Source: Eledone cirrhosa (taxonomy: Eukaryota). From it: a DNA stretch of 64,000 nucleotides. Below are positions 1 through 12,564 of this stretch, piece by piece. The translations under genes were made by a program, and so were the position numbers. The notes under the pieces were generated by a model. It was not told the DNA's origin and ran no database searches. It saw nothing but the letters and a program-made list of their open reading frames with translations. The first letter of the stretch is position 1. Each line of letters begins with the position of its first letter. The stretch spans positions 44,950,001 through 45,014,000 of the forward strand of contig OZ024743.1 of assembly GCA_964016885.1 (NCBI GenBank), given 5' to 3'.

Positions 1-400
1 GTCCAGCGGAATTCTCATGGACATAAGACAGTCACTAATCCCTACTGGGAATTCTTCTGATTTATTCACAAGAACAGTCTTAACAGCAAATCCTACCCCA
101 GCCTCTCTTCTGGTTCATTCATATCTTCCTTTCCAGAAGAATGTATATTCTCCACAAAATTCTGTAAGATGACCATCTCCAGCTAACCTCGTCTCAGATA
201 AAGCCACGATGTCAAGATCGTAACGTCGAAGCTCCTTTGCAACAAGAGCGGTACTTCGTTCAGGACGCTCCAATGAATCCCTGTCAAGCAGCGTCCGTAC
301 GTTCCAGCAGCCAAGACTAAATGCCTTGTTTGGCTCTATTACAATGGCACGATGACGAGCGGGCCCAGGCTGTGATAACCTGGGGCCCCTGCCCTTATTG
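1..400 (-). mobile_element. RTE-clade LINE, 5' part (APE endonuclease N-terminus), runs off the window
   Basis: Translation LGCWNVRTLLDR...PERSTALVAKELRRYDLDIVALSETRLAGDGHLTE..GEYTFFWKG matches the RTE/BovB-type APE start; in-frame stop at 115. Confidence 0.85.
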
Positions 401-514
401 CCAATTATCTTTTTTGTTCCAGAACCTAAATTGCCAATTATCTCTTTTATATTGTTCTGGAACATCATTGAATTTTGAAAAAAAAAAGTAATAATAATAG
501 TAACAATAATAATA

Positions 515-1762
515 AAGGTATTGATAAGATCTGAATACATTCGGAGAGTAAGGAGCATATTAAAGTCACATCTGAACAGTAGGAATGCCATAAGTGCAGT
601 AAATTCCAGAGCTGTGTCTATTATTAGGTACAGTGCGGGAATTCTGAGATGGAATGTTGCTGAACAAAAAGAAATGGATAGGAAGACTAGGAAGCTATTG
701 ACTATCTACAACATGTTACACAAGAGGAGTGATGTCGATAGACTCTACTTAAGGAGATCTGAAGGTGGGAGAGGTCTTATCAGCACAGAGGACTGTGTTC
801 AGATGGAGAAAAAACAACCTGCACAAATACGTGACGGATAGTAAGGAGCCAAATCTCAGAATTGTACTGAAGGAGAAGACAATAGACCAAGGGATGTCCA
901 AGGAGGAAATAACAACAAGGAGAAAGAGCAGCCTTCATGAAAAATCCCTTCATAGTACCTTCTTTGAGAAAACTGAATTCAGAGATCCACAGACATGGAA
1001 CTGGTTGAAAAGAGGAGACCTTAAAATGTCTACAGAAGGAATGTTCATGGCTGCGCAAGAGCAGGCCCTCAAAACGAAGTGGCTGAAACAGCATATTTAC
1101 AAGGAGGCTAGCCCACTGTGCAGGATCTGTGGAGAGAGAGAGGAGACTGTGGCTCGCATTGTATCCGAGTGTAAACACCTAGCCCATACTTACTATAAGG
1201 GCTGGAGACATGATGTGATGGGAAAGATGATCGACTGGCACCTATGCAAAGTAAACAATTTACCACATTCTGAGAAGTGGTATGAGCATAAGCCAGAGTC
1301 GATAATAGAAAACGATCAGGTGAAGGTGCTGTGGGATTTTAAGATACAGACGGACAAGAAACTGGAACACAATAGACCTGACCTGGTGGTTTTGGACAAG
1401 GAAAAAAGATCGTGCCTGATTGTGGATGTGGCCTGCCCATTCGACACGAGAGTGCAAGAGAAGGAGAGGGAGAAAATTAACCGATACCAGGACTTAAAGT
1501 GGGAGGTAAAAAGGATTTGGAACTGCCATGAAGTCAAAGCGGTCCCGATTGTCATAGGCGCACTAGGTACTAACTCAAAAAGTTTCCAGGGATGATTAAA
1601 GAAACGCTTGGAACGCTTCAAAAAGCATGCTTGCTGGGAACAGCAAGAACCCTCCGATACGTCCTGAATATCTGAAGCTGCAGGTAGTGGCTTGATATTG
1701 ATTTCAACAAACTTTTCAGTTAACTAACATCAATGACTGGGACTCAAAGAACAATAATAATA
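515..1762 (+). mobile_element. R4/Dong-clade RLE non-LTR retrotransposon, 5'-truncated copy 1 (thumb, CCHC knuckle, RLE endonuclease), disrupted
   Basis: CRICGEREETVARIVSEC knuckle, RHD motif, RPDLVVLDK...IVDVACPFD...EREKINRYQDL RLE motifs; (TAA)n on both sides; frameshift near 810. Confidence 0.9.
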
Positions 1763-2142
1763 TTCAATACCATCACTACAGTACTACGATCACATCACCA
1801 CCACCACTGCCTCATTATCGCTACCGCCGCTATTCTCTCCCACTACCTCCTGCTAATACAGGCATCATAGTATTCCCACTAAATGAGGAAGGCATCAAAT
1901 GATATAAATAGACTGATTTGATGACCCGGTCAAAAAATCAAAAAATCAAAATTCAAAATCAAAATAGCACAGCAGCAACGAAAAACGTAAAGAAAGGAAA
2001 AAAGAAAAGAAAAACAAACAGACAGACAAGCAGAAAAACTAAGTCAGACATTCAAACATTACATTACAATGAAACTTATGCTTATTTTGGGGGAGGTTTA
2101 CCTATTTGTATGTTTGTTTATTTATGTTCGTCTACAGCGTGA

Positions 2143-5100
2143 TAGTGCCATGCTAAAATCACCGAGGGTGATCAAATCACCGGAAGTGATGAAACCACCG
2201 GTGGTTATGTAACCATACATTCACCAATCCTCGATAAGAGTGTTTCAATGTCGAACCTAAACAGTTCGAATAACGGTGAAGTGGAGACTGGAATATCATG
2301 TGACAGACTCTCACCCAGCAGGTGCTCCCTGGCCCAGCAGCAGGGACCTGGCTGTAAACCAAATACTGCTGGTGTCGGAGGAATAATAAGGAGGGACCAG
2401 AACCAACTGGACGAAAGAATTGAATAGAACTGTTATGCAACGTTACCTGAAGAGTAACCCCAAGGAAAAAGGCTATAGGAAACGGATGCATAACATCTGG
2501 AACGAGATTGGTCTATTTAAATTAGATGAACAAAAATTGGCCGGGCAGGCTCGGGTAATAAGAACTAATGGGTGGATAAGCGAGCTGGAACTGGAGGAAC
2601 TGAGCAGAGAGATTAGGTTGGAAATGGAGAGTGGAGTATGCCAGGAAAACGGCCCAGTGGGAAATGAAGGCGAAGAGGTTGAGAGACCTGAGGAACCATC
2701 CGAAGCAGACAATGATCTGAATGCTGAAATAAATAATACCTGGAACAAAGATACGGCCATTGAGGAGATGAATGCTGACGGGATAGGACAAGATTTGGTT
2801 GATATCCTAAACTTAGTGGTAGATGAAATGAACAATGATAGTGGGAAACCTATGAACCTAAAATTTGTAGACAGGAAAAAGTTAAAAGAAACAACAGCTA
2901 AGGTAAACAAAGTCATCCCATACCTTGAGGCGAGGAGCCTTCACCAGTGCAACAATATCCTCAAAGCAACAGCAAATGCGGTGAGGAAATTACTTGGCAT
3001 AAAATCGAGAGGAAACAACAAACAAGAAAGATCAGAACCTTGGTGGAGAAACGACTGAATGGTCAAATCAGGGAAATGAGAAATGACATTGGAAAGCTTG
3101 AGTCCCTACTGAATGGGACACTAAAAAACATAGACACTAAAAATAGACTGGAAATAAAGTACAAAACTAGGGGGAAAAGGCTAAATATTATCATAGAGGA
3201 ACTGAAGCAACGCATTGTAGCAAAGAGTGCAAAAATTAGGCGATACGAGAGCAGAGTCAGTCAATATAGACAGAACCGCATGTTTGACAACAACCAGAAG
3301 GTGTTGTATGGCAGCTTGAAAGGAAAGAAAGAGGCAGATTGATCCCTGAGGCGGAACAAACTAAGACATTCTGGAGAGGAATATGGGAGCAGGATGTTAA
3401 ACATAATGACCAGGCAGTGTGGATTGAGACAGTACAAAAGGAGATTAGTGAACAGGCACACCAACAAACTGATTTGAGTATCACAGTTGAAACTCTTAAA
3501 GGACAGGCCAAAAAACTAACCAATTGTAAATCACCAGGCCCAGATGGTGTGCAGGGGTATTGGATTAAAAATGTAACATCCCTCCACCCGAAACTGACAA
3601 CCATGTTCAATGACTGCTTGATGTCAGGTGAGGTACCAGAGTGGTTGACAAAAGGTACTACAGTTCTGGTAATGAAAGACCGAATCAAGGGTAATGATGT
3701 TACCAACTATAGACCTATCACATGTCTGTCCGTAATGTGGAAACTGTTGACAAGCATTATGTCTGAGGAAATCTACCATCACCTCCACACAAAAATCTTG
3801 TTACCGGACGAACAGAAAGGATGCCGAAAGAAGTCCCGTGGTACAAAGGACCAGTTACTTATTGATAAGATGGTAATTAGGAATTGCAAGAGGAGACACA
3901 CTGGTCTTGCCATGGGATGGATAGACTACAAAAAGGCATTTGACATGGTGCCTCATTCTTGGATCACCAAAGCCTAGAGATCTTCAAGGTGGCAGATAAC
4001 ATCAGACAGTTGTTGAGCTAAAGTATGAAGTCCTGGAAAACAGAGGTAACATCAGCTGGAGAATCCTTGAGAGGCGTGAAGATCAAGAGAGGTATCTTCC
4101 AGGGAGATAGTCTGTCCCCTCTGTTGTTTGTCCTTGCCCTGATGCCCCTGACCATTATACTGCGAAAAGTGAGAGCAGGATACAAGTTGGGAAAGGGAGA
4201 GCTTACCATCAATCACCTCCTCTTCATGGACGAACTTAAGCTCTTCGGGAAGAGTGAGAAGGAGTTGGATGTACTTGTTGACACTGTCCGTATTTTCAGC
4301 AACGATATATGTATGCAATTTGGTATTAGTAAGTGTGGAGTCCTTGTGATGAATAGGGGTAAATTGAGCAGAAGCAAGAGAATCCAGGTACCAACAGGTG
4401 AGATGATAAAGGAAATTGACACTGAAGAAGGATACAAGTATTTGGGTATTCTGGAGGCTGATGACATCAAGAACAAAAAGTTGAAGCTATTGACTATCTA
4501 CAACATGTTTTCCAAGAGCAGTGATGTTGATAGACTCTACTTAAGGAGATCTGAAGGTGGAAGAGGTCTTATCAGCACAGAGGACTGTGTTCAGATGGAG
4601 AAAAACAACCTACACAAATACGTGACCGATAATAAGGAGCCAATGTTCAGAATTGTACTGAAGGAGAGGAGAATAGGCCAGGCGATGTTCAAGGAGGAAA
4701 TAACAACACGGAGAAAGAGCAACCTTCATGAAAAATCACTTCATAGGACCTTCTTTGAGAACACGGAATTCAGAGATCCACAGACATGGAACTGCTTGAG
4801 AAGAGGAGACCTTAAAAACACTACAGAAGGAATGCTAATGGCTGCGCAAGAGCAGGCCCTCAAAACGAAGTGGCTGAAACACCATATTTACAAGGAGGAG
4901 GCTAGCCCACTGTGCAAGATCTGTGGAGAGAGAGAGGAGACTGTGGCTCACATTGTATCCGAGTGTAAACACCTAGCCCAGACTCAATATAAAGGCTGGA
5001 GACAAGATGGGCCGGGTGATCCACTGGCACCTATGCAAAGTAAACAAGTTGCCACATTCTCAGAAGTGGTATGAGCATAAGCCAGAGTCGGTGATAGAAA

Positions 5101-5572
5101 ACGATCAGGTGAAGGTGCTATGGGATTTTAGGATACAGACGGACAAGAAACTGGAACACAATAGACCTGACCAGGTGGTTTTGGACAAGGAAAAAAGATC
5201 GTGCTTGATTGTGGATGTAGCCTGCCCATTCGACACGAGAGTGCAAGAGAAGGAGAGGGAGAAAATTAACCGATACCAGGACTTAAAGTGGGAGGTAAAA
5301 AGGATTTGGAACTGCCATGAAGTCAAAGTGGTCCCGATTGTCATAGGCGCACTAGGTACTATCTCAAAAAGTTTCCAGGGATGGTTAAAGAAAATTGGCC
5401 CTGCCATTTTTGGAACACTTCAAAAGGTATGCTTGCTGGGAACAGCAAGAACCCTCCGATACGTCCTGAATATCTGAGGCTGCAGGTAGTGGCTTGAAAT
5501 TCATTTCAACAAACTTTCCAGTTAACTAACATCAATGACTGAGACTCAAAGAATAATAATAATAATAATAAA
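2143..5572 (+). mobile_element. R4/Dong-clade RLE retrotransposon, near full-length copy 2, inactivated
   Basis: Single ORF from ATG 2248 to TGA 5477 broken by frameshifts and TAG 3975; KSPGPDG, NYRPITCL, DYKKAFD, GIFQGDSLSPLLF, FMDE (catalytic DD mutated), CCHC, RLE; ends in (AAT)n; 3' part nearly identical to copy 1. Confidence 0.92.
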
Positions 5573-5702
5573 TGTTTCTACTTTTGGCACAAGGCCAGCA
5601 ATTAACCAATGCATTACTGGTACTTTATTCTATCGACTCCGGAATAAAGTACCAGTAATGCATTGGGTAATTGCTGGCTTTGTGCCAAAAATAGAAACAA
5701 TT
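5571..5702. repeat. Palindrome of two inverted SINE 3' tails (about 60-bp arms, 11-bp spacer)
   Basis: 5571-5630 is the near-exact reverse complement of 5642-5702; the arms match the 3' end of the SINE family at 27725 and 52913. Confidence 0.85.
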
Positions 5703-5719
5703 AAGATAATAATAATAAT

Positions 5720-6196
5720 GATTTCATTTATTAGTCACAAGGGCCGTCATGTAGGGGATAATACAAAGACAGGGGCAGTGGGGGTTTACAATAAGGTCGA
5801 GTAAAAGTGCACAATAGCAAGACTAATTTAACAATGAAAATATAAAAATATAAAATAAACTATGCATAAATATAACAAAATAAATTCCCCGACAGGGGGT
5901 GGACGACCCTGGGGTTACTCGGGTACCCCACCAATCCTGAACCACACTGCGCTTCTAGGGCACCTAGGGAGAGCACCCCTCTCCTCAAGTTAGCTAGCCT
6001 ATAGGCGCATGGTCAGAGTAGGCCCATTCACACGAGCCATTCTCGCCACATTCACCCACTTTTTAGCAAATGTACTGGGAGCAGCACTTCTCTCTCCACC
6101 CTCACCTTCCTTTCCAGGTGAAACTTGAAGAAGTTGATGAGGGATTGGCCGAAGAGAAAAGTGTCTGCCTTCAGTCCTTTTAATCTGGTCCACCAA
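5720..6196 (-). mobile_element. L1/Tx1-type LINE 3' fragment flanked by (TAA)n
   Basis: KKWVNVARMARVNGPTL C-terminus and 3' UTR homologous to copies at 6243 and 35231. Confidence 0.8.
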
Positions 6197-6242
6197 ATAA
6201 TAATAATAATAATAATGATACACTATTAATAATTATTAATGA

Positions 6243-7572
6243 TTTCTTTATTGGCCACAAGGGCTGACATCAAGAAAAACATTACAGACGGCACATGATG
6301 GTACAGGACGGTACGATGTGGGTTTTGTGCGTGTAAATATTTTTATTATTTTTATAAGAAAAGAAAAAAAAAGGACATAGAAACATATATATAAACAATA
6401 AAAATGAAAATTGAAACAATGAAAAATTCCCCAATAGTGGGGAAACCTCCGTGGCGAAAACCACACAAAAGACCACGGCCACCCTGACCACCAGGACAAG
6501 CGCTCTCTCTCAATTTTTCCATCTCTCAAAGTACGGACGTATATTCAGAGTGGTCCCGTTCACTCGGACCATTCTCGCTACATTCACCCACCTTTCAACA
6601 AACTTGCTAGAAAGCAGCACTTGCCTCACCACCCTGATTTTCCTCTTCAAGTGAAACTTGAAAAAGTTAATTAGGGATTCGCCGAAGAGGAAAGTGTCTG
6701 TCTTTAACCCTGCCACCAGGCAGATGAAAACCGCCTGCCCTTCCCCCTCGAAGGAAGTCTGCGAGACCATCTGCACAATGGACTCAGTCGACAAACGGAT
6801 CAGTCCCACACGCGACAGCAACTGTTCGACATAGCTCCACAAGTCAGCAATGCTCGGGCACTGAACGAGTGCGACATGACGGTTTCGTCGCTCTGCGCGC
6901 CTCTCGGACAGGCTCGGCTGACGGCACTTCCGTACCTGTAGAGCTCATCTAGAACCGGCAGCGCTCCCCGGTAGCACTGCCAGGCCAGGGATTTTTGGAA
7001 GTTATCCATAGGCCCCGGGATGAAAGTTCTCCGGCAGAGAGCAAACAGCTGATCTCCTTCGACGCCCTCCATTAGTTCTCTATAGAACGCCGAGGTGGAT
7101 GTTCCACCGATACTGGTGCCCAGCTGGGAGAGGGCAGTGAGTACCTGGAGACATTCCAGTTTCCAAGCGCTATCCCTCGGTCTTTTTCTGACCCAGGACT
7201 GCAGCTCCGTGAAGGAGACAAGCTGTGGGAAAACGTGCCTGGCGAACGGCGACCATACCTGTTCACCATCAAGGAAGCACCAGAGATGTCGCAGCCTCAG
7301 CGCATGTTTTGCGCATCATCAGCCATGGCATGCCCAGTCCTCCACGCAACGGGTGTTCACAGCAGATGGATCGCCACCTTGCTCGTCACCTCGTTCCAGT
7401 TTTTCTCCATCTGAAGGTTGGATCGCATCACTGTACAGCGACATCTGCTCAGTTGTGAGGGTGAACGGTCACCTGTCGCAACCGTTCAGCATCATGCGCT
7501 CAGTCCGCCAGGGTTGTCCCCTCTCGTCCCTCTTGTACGTATTGGCTCTCGAGCCGTTACTGCACAAACTAG
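6243..7572 (-). mobile_element. L1/Tx1-type LINE 3' fragment with inverted 5' segment (about 7415-7572 on +)
   Basis: Minus strand PGPMDNFQKSLAWQCYRGALPV...CPR...ET, FVERWVNVARM; plus strand GWIASLYSD...VRQGCPLSSLLYVLALEPLL (RT motif) in opposite orientation. Confidence 0.85.
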
Positions 7573-8046
7573 GATGCGGGAAATCCGAATCGGCTTATAT
7601 AAAAACAAACTGAACATTATAATAAATGTTCGGTAAACCCCGTACGTACATAAATATATGTGCATGTATGTATGTATGTATACATACTTATATGTATGTA
7701 TCAGCCCTACTAAGCGTGAGAAATGAAATTTCATTTTTTCCATTTATCGTTTTCGGTACGCCCGGCCGAATAACTCACTCGACGGACAGGAAGATATACG
7801 GTGCTAATGACAGCTAATAAGCTAGAAACTAGTTCATCATTCCTTTGTCAGTGTTGAAACAAATTGGCAACGATGGTTGTCGAACACTGTACGGCTTAAT
7901 TCGCGCTGTTTGTTTACAAACAAACCGAACATTATAATAAATATTCGGTAAACCCATACGTACATATATATATATATATGTGCATATATGTATGTATATA
8001 CATACTACTGTATGTCTGTATACATATATGTATGTACGTATACATA

Positions 8047-8050
<4 letters not shown>
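7573..8050 (+). mobile_element. Short non-coding partial-tandem element (period about 316 bp) with degenerate HHR; second truncated copy at about 19030-19325 (-)
   Basis: 7602-7700 repeats at 7918-8050; reverse-complement copy at 19030-19325; abuts (TA)n. Confidence 0.7.
7800..7838 (+). ncRNA. Minimal type I hammerhead ribozyme motif, core mutated (CTAATGA)
   Basis: GGTG-CTAATGA-C-AGCT(AATA)AGCT-A-GAAA-CTAG-TT-CATC. Confidence 0.65.
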
Positions 8051-8100
<50 letters not shown>

Positions 8101-8104
<4 letters not shown>

Positions 8105-10764
8105 GGTGTTAAAGTTTGCTTGAAGCATTGTGAAATGTGTAAAATACGTAGTTTAGAAAGCCACAACAATGCAGAGGGAAATCTCGAGGTAGGAAGAGAA
8201 TGATAGATAGGAGAAATAGGATAAAGTGAAAATTGAGAGAGACAAAGATGAAAACAAAACAAAGGTAGAAGGGTTACCGTAGTGGAGATTTAATCCCAAT
8301 ATTTCGGGCTCACGCCCATCAACGGGGGAAAGTTCCAAAAGGGGGGGAGGGGGGAACAGGCTAAGCGGAGAAAGTTGTGATGTCGTTAAAACAGGAATGC
8401 CGTTATGGGGAGAAAAATTATTTAAATTTAAATGAGGGAAAGAATGCGCGTGCGCGTGATAGGCTGTGGCAAAAGCTACTGACCAAATGGGTTAAATCAA
8501 GACGGTGCGCTAGCGTGTGAAAGCCGTAAAATATGTGTGTGTAACTGTGTGTGTATATGTGTAAGTGTGTATATGTGTGAGTGTGTGTGTGTGTGAAAGA
8601 TAGTGGGCTGTAGAAGCTGGAAATCAAAGGGTGTGAAAGGTGGTAGGTTGTAAAACATGTGTGCGTGTATAAATATAGATGTGTGTGTGTAAGCGTATGG
8701 GTATACATGTGTGTGTAACTGTGTGTGTATATGTGTGAGTGCGTGTGTGTGTGAAAGATAGTGGGCTGTAGAAGCTCGAAATCAAAGGGTGTGAAAGGTG
8801 GTAGGTTGTAAAAACATGTGTGCGTGTATAAATATAGATGTGTGTGTGTATGCGTATGGGTATGCATATATGTGCGTGTGTGTGAAAATAGCAGGCCGTA
8901 AGGGCTGTGAATGGTCACTATGGTTAAGTTAGCCATGTCAGCTCATTTCTCTCAGCCCGGTTGTTAAGTGGGGGTCTGAGGTTCTTAATAACAAGTGCTT
9001 CCTTTATCCTTAAGGATCCGATGCTGCGTTCAGTCGCTAGGACTGTGACCAAGGGTCTACCCTGTGGGTTTCCGCATTTAAGGATGTGTTTACGGAAGGA
9101 AGATGCGTTGGTGTTGATATGTTCCTTGATACGAACATGTAGGGGTCGGATGGTGCTACCTATGTAAAACTTGTTACATTTGTCGCATTGAATCTTATAT
9201 ACGACATAGGTGCGTAGGCAATCTGCCCCCCGTATCGGGCAGTTGCTGAGAGAACACGTCCCATCTGACTCGTCGGGTTTATTGGAGAGGCATCTTCGCA
9301 GCGAAGGTCATGTGTGGGCCAAATGTATGTCAAGTCCCTCCGTCCGTATGGCCCTGCGGATGGCGTTCGTGGTATATTCACTCAGGTGGGAGATTTTAAA
9401 GAAGCACCTGCTTTTATTTAAGTTTCTAGTGGGAGTCTGTCTATTGGGTCTGGGGTCTCTAATTCCGTTAATCAGTCGCTTGGGATAACCATTAGACCTG
9501 AGTAGATTACGGAATTGCGTGGTATGGGTGAGACCACCCATCGGGTCGCTGCATCTGTTAGTGATCCGTGTCAGTTCATTTAGGACATAGCCTCTCTTAG
9601 CGTTGTTGGGGAGGGCTGAGTTGTAATGCACAAATAAGTCCTTGCACGCTGCTTTGCGGTAGAAGGTGGTGTTTATGTCTCCTTCTTCCGAGATGTTGAT
9701 ACAGAAGTCGAGGAGGGCGAGTGACCCGTCTTCTCCTGGGTGTTCGATGGTGAAATCGACGTGATGGTCAGTATCGTTGAAGATTTGGTGAATTTCATTC
9801 GCCATCTCCCGGGAAGAAGTAAGTATCAGGATGTCATCAACGTATCTGGAGTAGAAGGCGACGGCGTTGGGTTGGCAGGTATTGAGTGCCTTGCGTTCCA
9901 GGTGGTCCATGTACGAGATCGCAAGTATGCCGGACAGACTAGAGCCCATAGGTAGCCCAGAGATTTGTTTGTACGTGTGGCCGAGGAAATTGAAGAGTGC
10001 ATTATCCACAACGAAGGAGAGGAGTTGGTGGATGTCCGTGTGTGTGAGTCCGAAGCAGTGTAAGTTAGATGCTCGGACTCGTTCGGTCAACAGGTCGACG
10101 GCTGGGGATGCTGGTACGGAGGTATAAAGGGCGACCACATCAAGACTGAAGGCATAACCGTTGTCCTTTCTGGTGTTGGGCGCCAGATGGTGTAGTCGCT
10201 CCAAGACCTCCTTTGAGCTGCAGACGTGGGCTGGTAGTGTGTGTAGAATAGGTTTCAGTAGTGTGGAGAGCAGCCACGATATTTTGTAGAGTGGGCCCTC
10301 CACGCTAGAGACAATGGGCCTGATTTTCAAATCGGGTCCTTGTTTATGTGTTTTAACCAGGTGGTAGAAGGTGGGTAGTTTGCTGTTTCGAGTCATTATG
10401 TTGTTTTTTACCTTCTTTGGCAGTTTTCGTTGGACACAGATGTTAGTCCATATGGTGTTAATGCCTTCCTCGATTAGAGTCGAGTAGGTCCCTGTGACTT
10501 TCGAGTAGAGGCTGTGGTCCCTGTTTTAACGACATCACAACTTTCTCCGCTTGGCCTGTCCCCCCCCCCCTTTTGGAACTTTCCCCCGTTGATGGGCGTG
10601 AGCCCGAAATATTGGGATTAAATCTCCACTACGGTAACCCTTCTACCTTTGTTTTGTTTTCATCTTTGTCTCTCTCAATTTTCACTTTATCCTATTTCTC
10701 CTATCTATCATTCTCTTCCTACCTCGAGATTTCCCTCTGCATTGTTGTGGCTTTCTAAACTACG

Positions 10765-10770
<6 letters not shown>
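8101..10770 (-). mobile_element. Penelope-like element (RT + C-terminal GIY-YIG), 5'-truncated, with 5' inverted copy of its 3' end
   Basis: RT motifs IRPIVS, SLDVVALYTSVP, YKQISGLPMGSSLS, RYVDDIL, LLDF; EN VVYKIQCDKCNKFYIGSTIRPLHVRIKEH; 8141-8395 inverted at 10520-10770 (near identical); flanked by (TA)n. Confidence 0.93.
8923..10520 (-). pseudogene. PLE reverse transcriptase/GIY-YIG ORF, 5'-truncated, frameshifted near 9315
   Basis: ORF 9308-10396 plus continuation in another frame ending ...LNNRAERNELTWLT*. Confidence 0.85.
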
Positions 10771-10821
<51 letters not shown>

Positions 10822-10998
10822 ATACATTAACAGAGAAAGCTTTAAGCAATACTCCGAGCGGCTTCCGTCTCACCCAACAAACATTAGGATATACCTTGGT
10901 ATAATCCCAATTATACGTTTGGGGTGCTAACTATACGTATTTTGCGGATAGCCAGTTGTATTACTTTATATGAGACATAATTAAAATACATCTCTCTT

Positions 10999-11120
10999 TC
11001 CAAACGATCGTTTCATTATAAGTTTTCTACAAATTGGGAAAATAATGTCCAGGTTATGTAGAAGCCTACACATATTCCGTAGGAATATATATAGGTGGGC
11101 ACTTATAAATCAGCAGTGGA
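10999..11120 (-). ncRNA. Type I hammerhead motif, copy 1 (core mutated CTGCTGA)
   Basis: Same fold as 11722-11843 with one core substitution. Confidence 0.65.
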
Positions 11121-11721
11121 TGCCCGACAAATATCGATATAAAAAAAAACCTTACAGATATTAATGTTCAGTGACGGTACCCCTCCGTGCTAGAATGACC
11201 GCCAAATTTGAAATTCCAGCAGTCTCGCAATGAGAAATCTCACACTGCCATCAAGCGGAAAGAGGAGGTCATCGCAAAACATAAAAGAATAAAATAATAT
11301 GCACGCGAGTCAATTAATTCTTTCAATAATTTTCACCATGCGTGAAGAACTCAATTGGATATAAAAAAAATAAATATATGCATGTATTATTTATACACGC
11401 ATATAGGTATTTTCTTAGGCTAAAAACAGAGATAAGATACCGGAAGAACAATCAATATTTCATACAAAGAATAAATACGGAAAGTCATACCTAAAAAGTA
11501 TCTGGAAATATTCATCCCTGGCCAAATCAAGAGTATAATATTTAATACATTAACGGAGAAAGCTTTAAGCAATACTCTGACCGGCTTCCGTCTCACTCAA
11601 CAAACATTAGGATATACCTTAGTATAATCCCAATTATACGTTTGGGGTGCTAACTATACGTATTTTGCGGATAGCCAGCTGTATTATTTTATATGAGACA
11701 TAATTAAAATACATCTCTCTT

Positions 11722-11843
11722 TCCAAACGATCGTTTCATTATAAGTTTTCTACAAATTGGGAAAATAATGTCCAGGTTATGTAGAAGCCTACACATAGTC
11801 CGTAGGAATATATATAGGTTGGAACTTATAAATCATCAGTGGA
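11722..11843 (-). ncRNA. Type I hammerhead ribozyme with extended, branched stem II
   Basis: TCCA-CTGATGA-T-TTATAAGTT...AACTTATAA-T-GAAA-CGATCG-TT-TGGA. Confidence 0.8.
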
Positions 11844-12564
11844 TGCCCGACAAATATCGATATAAAAAAAAACCTTACAGATATTAATGTTCAGTGACGG
11901 TACCCCTCCGTGCTAGAATGACCGCCAAATTTGAAATTCCAGCAGTCTCGCAATGAGAAATCTCACACTGCCATCAAGCGGAAAGGGGAGGTCATCGCAA
12001 AACATAAAAGAATAAAATAATATGCACGCGGGTCAATTCATTTTTTCAATAATTTTAACCATGCGTGAAGAACTCAATTGGATATAAACAAAATAAATAT
12101 ATGCATGTATTATTTATAGACGCATATAGGTATTTTCTTAGGCTAAAAACAGAGATAAGATACCGGAAGAACAATCAATATTTCATACAAAGAATAAATA
12201 CGGAAAGTCATACCTAAAGAGTATCTGGAAATATTCATCCCTGGCCAAATCAAGAGTATAATATTTAATTCATTAACAGAGAAAGCTTTAAGCAATACTC
12301 CGACCGGCTTCCGTCTCACTCAACAAACATTAGGATATACCTTAGTATATATATATTAAAATAACAGATTAAAGTTTAAGCAAAGAATCGCTGCTTACAC
12401 CCTTAGTCTTCGAATTTATTATTATTACTATATATATATATATATAATCACTAACGTAAATAGGTATTTAATCTGAAATAGTGTTTAAATAAGATATTTT
12501 CACCACCATCTGTATTCATCTTTCTCACGTTCCTCCACAAAGCGTTCTCTCATCCATTTTCACT

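Larger units (their letters stand above)
10818..12347 (-). mobile_element. 723-bp non-coding tandem repeat (2.1 units), one HHR per unit, inserted in (TA)n
   Basis: Unit starts at 10818, 11541 and 12264; no long ORF; TA tracts on both sides. Confidence 0.85.
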
